From a virus, in the IMG/VR virus record IMGVR_UViG_3300000478_000009, positions 1 through 15,446 of that record: a DNA stretch of 15,446 nt; one strand, given 5' to 3'. A program made the translations under genes and the position numbers. The notes beneath the pieces were generated by a model, which searched no databases, was not told where the DNA came from, and saw only the letters and a program-made list of their open reading frames with translations. Shown here piece by piece: positions 1-6,722 of this stretch (positions are counted from its first letter, which is position 1; each line of letters begins with the position of its first letter).

Positions 1-1005
1 TGAATATCATGGTCGCCAATTTCAACGTTTAGGACTTCGACGTCATAGACTCTCATTCCATTTTCGTTGAAAACCATTCCTGGACGTGGAGAACCATCTT
101 CTGATTTCTTACCAAGAATGATGTTACGAACATGATCTTCGCTTGCCGACCAGAAATCTTCTACTCTAATCTTGCGAAGAGAGGCTTTCACCACACTTCG
201 TACGTGATCGCAGAGAAGTTTTACATAGTTGGATACGCTAAACCACTTCGTGGGATCGTCTCCTTCAAAGTTGACTCTTAGAGCAACCTTTAGTTGCACC
301 TTGACATGATCAGCAGTTTCGGCCGTGATAATGTCGGTTACTTTGTTGTGCTCAACCTGGAGATAAGCAGTCTTGAACAACTTATCTGTGGTCTTTGGAC
401 GCCAGTGCTTAGAGCAAGAGTTTCCAAAGTTTCATTGAATCCAAGTAGAACACGCTGTGGTCCTCTTTCTACACGGCGATTACCGGCAGTATCAACTACC
501 ATAACAGCATAACCTGTCCACGGGTTGATTTTTGGAACGCGGCAAATTTGTCATTTCCAAGCGTGACGGTTCGAGGTTCGGAATAAGTTGCGGCACGAGT
601 AAACTCGTCACCACCCATTTCTGCTCCGGACTGATAAGCCGAAAAACTTGCATCGGCAAATACAGCTTCCTCTAGGCGCATGCTGTTAGCAGCAAGGCCC
701 TTCTTTTTCATCGTAGTTGCTAGATCACCCTCAGAAACCATGCCCCGACGAGTAGTCGGAGAACGTTGCTGGATAGCTCTAAGAGTACGGTTGTACTCCA
801 TCGCCTCAGCATTTCCAGGATACATTGCCTCAGATTCGGCATCAGTTAGAACACGACGAACAAACACCTCTTTTCGAGGATCGGGTAGGCACATTGTGCC
901 ATCCTTGCCGCCATGAACCATTCGAATTGCTCCGGTATGACGGTCGAGAACATATCGTCCATCACCAGCCGGAATAGCCGTTGCAAAATGCTTTGTTTTC
1001 CGTCA
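1..1005 (-). pseudogene. Downstream continuation of the major-vault-protein (MVP) homolog, readable only by switching frames at least three times. Segment 1003->499 is the listed 496..921 ORF. Segment 552->381 is in a second frame. Segment 431->1 is in the original frame and runs off the window.
   Basis: Manual translation of the minus strand gives three stretches that each match MVP. 'TAIPAGDGRYVLDRHTGAIRMVHGG' corresponds to MVP '[27 protein letters not shown]'. 'RVPKINPWTGYAVMVVDTAGNRRVERGPQRVLLGF' corresponds to MVP '[30 protein letters not shown]'. 'RPKTTDKLFKTAYLQVEHNKVTDIITAETADHVKVQLKVALRVNFEGDDP...VEVLNVEIGDHDI' corresponds to the MVP shoulder '[52 protein letters not shown]...VVSSVDVQSVEPVD'. 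The three stretches are in three different frames. The MVP comparison is from memory, not a database search. Confidence 0.5.
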
Positions 1006-2051
1006 TAGCGAATGGCAGAATGCTGTTCGCATGGGAAATAAATTGGCGTAGTTTCGCCAGTAATGAAAAGCTCGTCGCCTTCCTTGTAGGTTTTACCCTT
1101 TGGACCATGATCACCACTGGTATCAGTGTACTCGGCAATAACCTTGATATGAAGGCCCTGAATAGAACCATTCAATTCGATTGGTCGGAAAATGCGCTCG
1201 CCATCATTGTTTGTGTAAAACGTTTCGGTTGGAAGTGGGAAAACCACGTCTGGTCCACGAACATAACGCTTGTTTCCGTTTTCGTCGATAAGAATGCAGT
1301 ATTGGAGACGCTCTAGGGTAAGAGCTTCACGAACATACTTGCCTCTCTCGTCAGCTACAACTTCGATACCGGTCGGAGGAATGTAGAAGCTAACTTCCGT
1401 TCCTCTAATAACCAATAGTCGGCCTACGGAAAGATCCTCAGGGATGCTTTCGGTTGCAACCAAAACTTCTGCTTCGGTTTCATCAGGTGAACCGGAGGAT
1501 TTTTTGGTTGTAGCATCGGCCGATGCTTTCTTCATAACTGCATCGGTCCAGTTTTCCTTTGCTGCTTGCTCGTCGTACACACGTACGATAAGATACTGGT
1601 TACTGCGAAGCTGATGGCCTTCAATAACCTTGACATGCTGTCGAGGCCAAAGAGCAAAGCTTACAGGGCCAGGAATATGTACACGCTGACCAATCAGAAG
1701 CTCCACATCAACAGACTTGGTGCCTGCTTCTGGAAATTTTCCATCCTTGGTCGGGTTGTACATTACTGCATAGTGACCAGTTGGCACCACAGTATTAACC
1801 TGTGCTGCTTCACTAAGAGGCACTGCCTCAAAGCGACCAGACTGGATATTGTAGACAACTGGTTCATCCTGCGCTTGTGCGTTAACAACAGTAGGACCGC
1901 AACGAACACAGGTTACACCATTGGTTGTATCACGAGTATACACGAATTCACCACGTGGCAATACTAACTCATTGGTCGTACGCCTGCTGGCTCTACGCCG
2001 TGGTATGCCTCGTTCGTCGAGTTCATCGACATAATCAAGTTCATCAGCCAT
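846..2051 (-). CDS. Major vault protein (MVP) homolog, N-terminal MVP-repeat region. This is an intact 401-aa ORF whose native reading appears to continue beyond its stop in other frames.
   Basis: ATG at 2051 with GGAG 9 nt upstream. 'VNTVVPTGHYAVMYNPTKDG' matches MVP '[24 protein letters not shown]'. 'FYIPPTGIEVVADERGKYVREALTLERLQYCILIDENGNKRYVRGPDVVF' matches the MVP repeat '[49 protein letters not shown]'. 'GDELFITGETTPIYFP' matches 'GDHWLIRGPLEYVPS'. The last ~45 codons before the stop at 846 do not match, because the real frame switches near 996-1003. Confidence 0.7.
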   Translation of the reverse strand: MADELDYVDELDERGIPRRRASRRTTNELVLPRGEFVYTRDTTNGVTCVRCGPTVVNAQAQDEPVVYNIQSGRFEAVPLSEAAQVNTVVPTGHYAVMYNPTKDGKFPEAGTKSVDVELLIGQRVHIPGPVSFALWPRQHVKVIEGHQLRSNQYLIVRVYDEQAAKENWTDAVMKKASADATTKKSSGSPDETEAEVLVATESIPEDLSVGRLLVIRGTEVSFYIPPTGIEVVADERGKYVREALTLERLQYCILIDENGNKRYVRGPDVVFPLPTETFYTNNDGERIFRPIELNGSIQGLHIKVIAEYTDTSGDHGPKGKTYKEGDELFITGETTPIYFPCEQHSAIRYDGKQSILQRLFRLVMDDMFSTVIPEQFEWFMAARMAQCAYPILEKRCLFVVF

Positions 2052-2064
2052 TTTGTTTCTCCGT

Positions 2065-2118
2065 TTTGTAAGATCCGGAGCTAGCTTGACCTTTGTAAGA
2101 TCCGGAGCTAGCTTGACC
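2065..2118. promoter_or_regulatory. Perfect tandem direct repeat, 2 x 27 bp (TTTGTAAGATCCGGAGCTAGCTTGACC), 14 nt upstream of the MVP-like start codon. Each unit carries the palindromes TCCGGA and AGCTAGCT, a GATC site and a TTGACC -35-like hexamer. Candidate operator/promoter.
   Basis: Units at 2065-2091 and 2092-2118 are identical base for base. The palindromes are read directly from the sequence. On the plus strand TTGACC(2086-2091)-17 nt-TAGCTT(2109-2114) resembles a sigma70 promoter, but it points away from the MVP gene. Confidence 0.6.
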
Positions 2119-2149
2119 GACGTGGATTACTTCATAAACCGGGATATGA

Positions 2150-2185
2150 ATCTTAGAATAAGAAAGAATTCGGGTGGTCGAATTT
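2150..2185 (-). terminator. Weak hairpin (AATTCG/CGAATT, loop GGTGGT) followed by a T-rich tract on the minus strand. It lies between the 99-aa gene and the MVP-like gene.
   Basis: Inverted repeat at 2167-2172 / 2179-2184. The minus-strand downstream sequence is TTCTTTCTTATTCT. The stem is short and AT-rich, so this is weak. Confidence 0.25.
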
Positions 2186-2191
2186 GATAAA

Positions 2192-2491
2192 TTAAACAGT
2201 GGCTTTTGCTTTTAGGGCTACCTGTTCTAGCCAAGCAAGCAGATTATCATCAACTAAATCTACTTCCCTTTTAAGCTCTTCAATCATGGCTTCATCGGCT
2301 TCTTCGGAAGGCTCGAAATACTTGTGTAGATCAGACCAAGCTTTTGTTGCTTCTTGCATGGCCTGTATAAACTCTTTGAGAATATCTTTTCCTTCACCAC
2401 CAAGATTGCGTTGTAAAACATCGCCTGTATCAATTTGTTCTTGAATGGCTTCTCGAATTAGCTGTCTGAGTTGTGACCTGGTGATTTTCAT
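2192..2491 (-). CDS. Hypothetical acidic 99-aa protein.
   Basis: ATG start. It overlaps the upstream gene by 1 nt (TAATG coupling). No recognisable motif. Confidence 0.5.
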   Translation of the reverse strand: MKITRSQLRQLIREAIQEQIDTGDVLQRNLGGEGKDILKEFIQAMQEATKAWSDLHKYFEPSEEADEAMIEELKREVDLVDDNLLAWLEQVALKAKATV

Positions 2492-2745
2492 TATTGCGTC
2501 CGTTTCTCTTCGAAAAGATATTCTAACAAATATCCTAGTTTCTGTTCTTCGAGATTTTCTCTTGATTTCTTACTTTGCTTTTCTTTCGGCAAAAGCTTTT
2601 CAATGCGGAAATTTAGCAAAGGTTTGCCATTGATGGTTGGTTGTCCAAGTTCGTTGACTCCAATAGACTTCACTTTAATTCGTTTATTCTTAAATTTACC
2701 GCCTAAAAGGATATCACCAACTTCTATGTCTAGTTCTATGGACAT
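2491..2745 (-). CDS. Hypothetical basic 84-aa protein.
   Basis: ATG at 2745. It is translationally coupled to the 99-aa gene. The lysine-rich middle (GGKFKNKRIKVKSIGVNELGQPTINGKPL) suggests a small nucleic-acid-binding protein, but this is speculative. Confidence 0.5.
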   Translation of the reverse strand: MSIELDIEVGDILLGGKFKNKRIKVKSIGVNELGQPTINGKPLLNFRIEKLLPKEKQSKKSRENLEEQKLGYLLEYLFEEKRTQ

Positions 2746-2761
2746 TGAACTTAAATAGCAA

Positions 2762-2784
2762 AAGCCCGATGGAAAATCGGGCTT
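2762..2784 (-). terminator. 9-bp stem-loop (AAGCCCGAT-GGAAA-ATCGGGCTT) between the HNH gene and the 84-aa gene. Putative terminator or attenuator.
   Basis: Perfect inverted repeat 2762-2770 / 2776-2784 with a 5-nt loop. Both strands have U-rich flanks (GCUUUGGGUUUG on plus, UUGCUAUUU on minus). It sits only ~17 nt upstream of the 84-aa start, so attenuation or RNA processing is as likely as full termination. Confidence 0.45.
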
Positions 2785-2877
2785 GCTTTGGGTTTGTAAA
2801 GCAGAAACTTATCTTAAGTTGGGTTTTAGGAACATTGTACTACAATCATTGCAATACTGCGTTATCAAACCTGGATA

Positions 2878-3723
2878 TTAGAAGTTGAGATTTGGATGCT
2901 CTTTTTTATGACATTCAGAACACAATACCAGACCCGACACGTTATTTTTAATATGATAATCAGCTACCTGTTCTGCTATGTGAATTTTTAGATTGAACAT
3001 TTTATCATTATTGGGATGAATGGATTTTGAAATAAAATATTCCCAATTATTTTCTTCTGCTACTGTTTTCAAGATGGTTGAAAAATTTTCTTTGTCATGG
3101 TGTACGTGCAAATTTTTTGGCGACTTACATTTTTTACATTTAAATTGCGCAGCTGCTAACAAGGGGTATTTCCATTCCTTGTAAAGTTTGGTGTTTGAAT
3201 AGGAAACCTCATAAAGAGATGAAATTCCGCCTTTCCATTGTGAATGTTCTGGTCCGTAGAGTGTTGGCACGGTTCCATTCAAGCGACCTTTCTTCATACG
3301 TTCAGCCCGAACTTTGAGTTCTTCAGAGTTGGAAGAGATTGTTTCAGAACCTTTTACTCCGTATTGAGCTACAGAAGAGTGGTCTTCTTTAGTTAAGCCC
3401 TTGTTCCAGATTCTTAATTCACCTTCCTTCCACATTCTGTTTCGTGTCTTTTGACTTTTTTCTTGAGCTTTTTTATTGTTGCCCCAATTGTTTTTACCGG
3501 ATACACAGGCGGCGTGCCCTCGAACAAATTCTCGAAATCCACGTGACATGTCAAGATACTTTACTTCGCCACCGCAACCACACCCACACGTGGGTTCAAT
3601 GCCATTGCGGTATAAAAGTGTATAAAGCTTCTTCGATGTTCCTTTGTGCAATTTACGAAAATGCACAGACAAAGAAATTAGTTTGGAATATTGTTTATCA
3701 CAAATGGGACAGTTAAAAGACAT
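2878..3723 (-). CDS. HNH homing-endonuclease-like protein with an N-terminal C2H2 zinc finger. The likely true start is the ATG at 3723; the ORF track starts at an in-frame TTG at 3759.
   Basis: N-terminus 'MSFNCPICDKQY...HFRKLH' is a C2H2 finger. A CGCGCGG cysteine cluster follows. C-terminus 'CKKCKS...HVHHD...N...CSECHKKEH' is the HNH motif with flanking CxxC pairs. The gene is AT-rich relative to the structural genes. GGAG lies 10 nt upstream of ATG 3723. Confidence 0.8.
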   Translation of the reverse strand: MSFNCPICDKQYSKLISLSVHFRKLHKGTSKKLYTLLYRNGIEPTCGCGCGGEVKYLDMSRGFREFVRGHAACVSGKNNWGNNKKAQEKSQKTRNRMWKEGELRIWNKGLTKEDHSSVAQYGVKGSETISSNSEELKVRAERMKKGRLNGTVPTLYGPEHSQWKGGISSLYEVSYSNTKLYKEWKYPLLAAAQFKCKKCKSPKNLHVHHDKENFSTILKTVAEENNWEYFISKSIHPNNDKMFNLKIHIAEQVADYHIKNNVSGLVLCSECHKKEHPNLNF

Positions 3724-3757
3724 GAGCCATACTCCATTGTTAGTTTGAGTATGGCTC
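3724..3757 (-). promoter_or_regulatory. 11-bp perfect stem-loop (GAGCCATACTC ... GAGTATGGCTC, 12-nt loop) whose 3' arm ends exactly at the HNH start codon. The GGAG Shine-Dalgarno sits in the stem.
   Basis: Inverted repeat 3724-3734 / 3747-3757. The SD GGAG is the complement of CTCC at 3733-3736. Phage homing endonucleases such as I-TevI are classically controlled by this kind of RBS-sequestering hairpin. Confidence 0.6.
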
Positions 3758-3853
3758 AAATGCTGTTAGTTGTATAGGTTACTGTATGTTTTGATATTGC
3801 TTGTTGCTTCCCCATATACTCGTAAGCCCTTGAAAACACAGGGGAAAAATAAC

Positions 3854-4345
3854 TCAAAATTGTAAAACTGCGTTGTCGAAGCGGATGGTCAGCGAAATTT
3901 CTGCAAGGTCAGCAGTTGAGTCGTAAGAAACGTCATTGAAGTTAGCTTCTGTAATAAATGCGCCCTTGATATCCCATAGCTGAACTACGGTACCAACTGG
4001 GTCAAGCATTTTGAGCTGAATGTCACGCTTGTAGAAATCTGCGTAACCACCACGGCCGGAAACTGATTCGAAGCAGAGTCGGATCCATTCCATTACCTGT
4101 TGTGCGCCTGCTGGTGCGATTGGATCGTGAAGAGTAACCGAAATCGTACCAAAGGTTGTCTTACCTGCGAGGTAACGAGTGTGGTTAATCCAATTGACCG
4201 TAACTTCTTCTGTGGTGTAAGTTGGTCTTGCTGCGGTCTTCACAATGAAAGAGTCAATGCCTTCAATAGCAAGTAAGAATCTACGCTTTGCAAGCGGTTC
4301 AAACTTGGTAGGTAGCATATCGGTTACTGAAAGAGTTTCTGCCAT
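3854..4345 (-). CDS. Tail tube protein, T4 gp19-like.
   Basis: ATG start with GGAGA 8 nt upstream. 'RRFLLAIEG...FIVKTAARPTYTTEEVTVNWINHTRYLAGKTTFGTISVTLHDP...AQQVMEWI...LWDIKGAFITEANFNDVSYDS...ISLTIRFDNAVLQF' runs parallel to T4 gp19 'PNLFQVEIS...FQCKATALPAGIVEKIPVGFMNRKINVAGDRTFDDWTVTVMND...ARQKFVDWQ...IKGLWPTNVGELQLDWDSNNEIQTFEVTLALDYWE'. The T4 sequence is from memory. Confidence 0.7.
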   Translation of the reverse strand: MAETLSVTDMLPTKFEPLAKRRFLLAIEGIDSFIVKTAARPTYTTEEVTVNWINHTRYLAGKTTFGTISVTLHDPIAPAGAQQVMEWIRLCFESVSGRGGYADFYKRDIQLKMLDPVGTVVQLWDIKGAFITEANFNDVSYDSTADLAEISLTIRFDNAVLQF

Positions 4346-4398
4346 GGTTTATTCTCCGAACTGTTCCTTTTCTTAAATAGTGGTTTCAACAGTTTTTA

Positions 4399-4890
4399 GT
4401 GGATGCTCAAATCCTTGTAGATGTAAATAGTCATGTTTTAGATTTTCTACTTACTTACACTATCGTTCTTCTTGTTTTGATGAATTTAGTCATTTTCAGG
4501 TTACATCAAACAAACATAACTATCATCATGAGTTTTTATTGCAATGGTTCTGTTGGTGGTATGCCAATAAAATTGAAAATTCTAAGCACGTCGGAAGAAC
4601 GTACAAAAGGTTTCCAATTCCAAAAAAACCCACCCATGTTAGGAGAAGGGTTGCTGTTTCTCTTTGACGAACAAGAACCGCAAACATTTCATATGAGAAA
4701 TGTCGGCTTCGATATTGACTTACTTGGATTTGACTCTGTTGGTCGAATGGTTTGTAAACTGCCGATGAAAGCACAAGCAGAAAAACTCTATAAGACGCCA
4801 CCGGTCAAGTTTGTCATTGAGGCACCGAGAGGTTGGGCAAAATGTTTAGAGCCAGGAGAATGCGTTCTGAGGGTAAGAAGAATATCTTGA
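4399..4890 (+). CDS. DUF192 (COG1430)-like small protein with an N-terminal hydrophobic anchor. The start is uncertain: GTG at 4399 as in the track, or ATG at 4480, 4528 or 4561.
   Basis: Core 'ERTKGFQFQKNPPMLGEGLLFLFDEQEPQTFHMRNVGFDIDLLGFD..GRMVCKLPM........YVIEAPRGWAKCLEPGECV' fits the DUF192 pattern (GLM.R...GMLF.F....FWMKNT..PLDI.F.D..G.V.....M.P......VLE...GW.....GD.V). 'LLTYTIVLLVLMNLVIF' is TM-like. No good SD before any candidate start. AT-rich. Confidence 0.5.
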   Translation: MDAQILVDVNSHVLDFLLTYTIVLLVLMNLVIFRLHQTNITIIMSFYCNGSVGGMPIKLKILSTSEERTKGFQFQKNPPMLGEGLLFLFDEQEPQTFHMRNVGFDIDLLGFDSVGRMVCKLPMKAQAEKLYKTPPVKFVIEAPRGWAKCLEPGECVLRVRRIS

Positions 4891-4894
4891 GACC

Positions 4895-5512
4895 CTACTT
4901 TACTCTTTGTTGAAGCAAGTACACATAGGTCTCATGAGTGTTTGCCGATGCTGCTAGTTGATCATTTAGACCAAGAGTAAGAGCACCCATTTCCTCTAAT
5001 GATGCAAACATAGACTCAAGAAAGTCAAGATACGCCTTTTCAAGCCTAAGGCCAGATTCAGCAATTTCGTCAGCTGAAGCATCTACCATACAACCAGCTT
5101 CCTCCATAATTTTGACAGCATTTGAAGCAATCATCAATGGGCAAGCAAGATTTTCATCATTAGTAACACCAACGGCTTTCTCAATCGCACCGTCGATCTC
5201 ATCTTGAACTTCTGTATAGATGCGATCATAAAGTTCAGCATGATCACCAGAGAAGCCGGTACCTTTTGTTAGATGATGTGCTGCATGAAACCAAAGATGA
5301 ATGGCTCTAAGATAAGAAACATATCCTGCCAAAAAATTTTTGCAATCAGCAGAAATTTCTTTGGTTGAAAGTTTGTCAACTGGTTCGGTGTTAAATTGAA
5401 TAGGAGCAAGTTCAGGTTCAACAGAAACAATTGGTGCATGCATGTCTGCGACCATGTCTACCTGTTCTTTTAGAATTCCTGCCAGTTGTTGCCATCTTTG
5501 TTTGGTACTCAT
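4895..5512 (-). CDS. Dps/ferritin-like four-helix-bundle protein with a ~70-aa N-terminal extension.
   Basis: ATG start with GGAAG 5 nt upstream. 'LRAIHLWFHAAHHLTKGTGFSGDHAELYDRIYTEVQDEIDGAIEKAVGV' parallels E. coli Dps '[47 protein letters not shown]'. The Dps sequence is from memory. Confidence 0.5.
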   Translation of the reverse strand: MSTKQRWQQLAGILKEQVDMVADMHAPIVSVEPELAPIQFNTEPVDKLSTKEISADCKNFLAGYVSYLRAIHLWFHAAHHLTKGTGFSGDHAELYDRIYTEVQDEIDGAIEKAVGVTNDENLACPLMIASNAVKIMEEAGCMVDASADEIAESGLRLEKAYLDFLESMFASLEEMGALTLGLNDQLAASANTHETYVYLLQQRVK

Positions 5513-5534
5513 TGTTCTTCCAATGTTCCAATAT

Positions 5535-6455
5535 TTACTCAGATAAGTAGTTCAATAAAACTTCAATAGGCATTCTTGATTCGACCATCCGATCTTCATC
5601 TGATTTCTTTTCTTGTTCAACCAACTCCATGACCTGTTCAACAATGTTGCTAAAGGCAAGCTCGCCCAATCTAGAACCACCAATCTCTATATATTGCAGC
5701 TTGTCAACCAGACGTTCCTTATCAATCTTTGCCAGACGTTTAAAATAATCAAGGTAACTCTGTTCTCTTCCTTCACGTTCTTCGAATTTGGCAAGAGCTT
5801 TGACAAAATCTTTTAGCTTTAGATTCGGATCTGACATGTCAATGCCAGCATCAAAAAAGTATTCATACTCAGGCTTTGAACCGCCACGATAAACAGCATT
5901 GTAATATGGTTTGGACTGTAGATACTCCTCACGGGAATATTCCTGCCATTGTTCTTTCCCTGGTGGTTGAATCCAAACACGGGTAATTTGAGAAGGTTTT
6001 ACCAATCCCATCAATAATGCTTGAGGCTCAGCCCCGCTGGAAAGAAGCGTGTAAGACATCCAGGGTCTAAAGGAATTTGGAAACTTTTCTTTGACCCAAT
6101 CAAGAGCGGTTTGACCTTTCTCTCTCGTTATGTCTCGTCCAGTAACACCACTCCAATCAGTACCGTGGAGAAATTTTGCGTATGTTTTTATTTCTATAAC
6201 TGCTCCACTACCAAATTGCCTAGCAGTTTCAAAATCTGGAGCAACGAAAACGCCTCTGTGTTCACTACCACCATATACACGTCGATAAACTTGGCGTGCA
6301 TCAAAACCATTAATCATTCTGGCTAATTCAAGCGGTGTTGTTCCATGATAAACTGTAATAACGTCTGTTGGTTTAGCATTGGCAATTTCTTCTCGTTTTT
6401 CGGGGTCAATTGCCTCAAGAAGAAGAAATAGATTGTTTTTTTTAGCTAATTTCAT
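5535..6455 (-). CDS. ADP-ribosyltransferase-fold protein of the H-G-T-motif clade (KptA/Tpt1 RNA 2'-phosphotransferase or PARP-like NAD-binding lobe), plus a ~200-aa C-terminal region of unknown function. The track starts at TTG 6479; ATG at 6455 is preferred.
   Basis: 'ITVYHGTTPLELARMINGFDARQVYRRVYGGSEHRGVFVAPDFETARQFGSGAVIEIKT' parallels E. coli KptA '[53 protein letters not shown]' (from memory). The N-terminal Arg-rich RNA-binding half of KptA is absent. Confidence 0.5.
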   Translation of the reverse strand: MKLAKKNNLFLLLEAIDPEKREEIANAKPTDVITVYHGTTPLELARMINGFDARQVYRRVYGGSEHRGVFVAPDFETARQFGSGAVIEIKTYAKFLHGTDWSGVTGRDITREKGQTALDWVKEKFPNSFRPWMSYTLLSSGAEPQALLMGLVKPSQITRVWIQPPGKEQWQEYSREEYLQSKPYYNAVYRGGSKPEYEYFFDAGIDMSDPNLKLKDFVKALAKFEEREGREQSYLDYFKRLAKIDKERLVDKLQYIEIGGSRLGELAFSNIVEQVMELVEQEKKSDEDRMVESRMPIEVLLNYLSE

Positions 6456-6722
6456 GGTTCTAACAGCAGCATCTTTCAAGAATAATTAGGATAGTAAGGC
6501 AAGTAACGAATAAAAATACCCTTAAAGAAGCAACTTAGTTTATTTAGTCTTGTGATTAATGATTTCATTTTTATGTTTTTATGGTCAATTGTCGAAACTT
6601 ATGAAGGAAAACCTATTTATTCAAGCCAATACTTGGCACCGTGTAATCAAAGGACCCAATGCGAAACTACCATTGGTTGTCAAAATCTTCAAATATCTAA
6701 AGAAGAACGGATAATTACAAAC

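Noticed and set aside
962-1316. ORFs 962..1171 (-) and 981..1316 (+) overlapping the MVP-like gene.
   Set aside because: These are alternative-frame or antisense products inside a region whose MVP-matching frame is established. The minus-strand one is the third, non-matching frame at the first frameshift site.
2085-2114. Sigma70-like promoter TTGACC-17-TAGCTT on the plus strand inside the tandem repeat.
   Set aside because: It would fire antisense into the 99-aa gene, and TAGCTT is a weak -10. It is kept only as a note within the repeat finding, not as a called promoter.
4868-4892. Possible hairpin between the convergent DUF192 and Dps-like genes.
   Set aside because: Only a 5-bp imperfect stem (AGGGT/ACCCT). 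The two stop codons are 4 nt apart. Not convincing as a terminator.
6552-6722. 5' extension of the plus-strand hypothetical gene to a GTG at 6552.
   Set aside because: The ORF track accepts GTG/TTG starts. The extension is AT-rich and its translation is not protein-like. The first ATG with sensible context is at 6723. The same reasoning applies to the TTG starts at 3759 and 6479.
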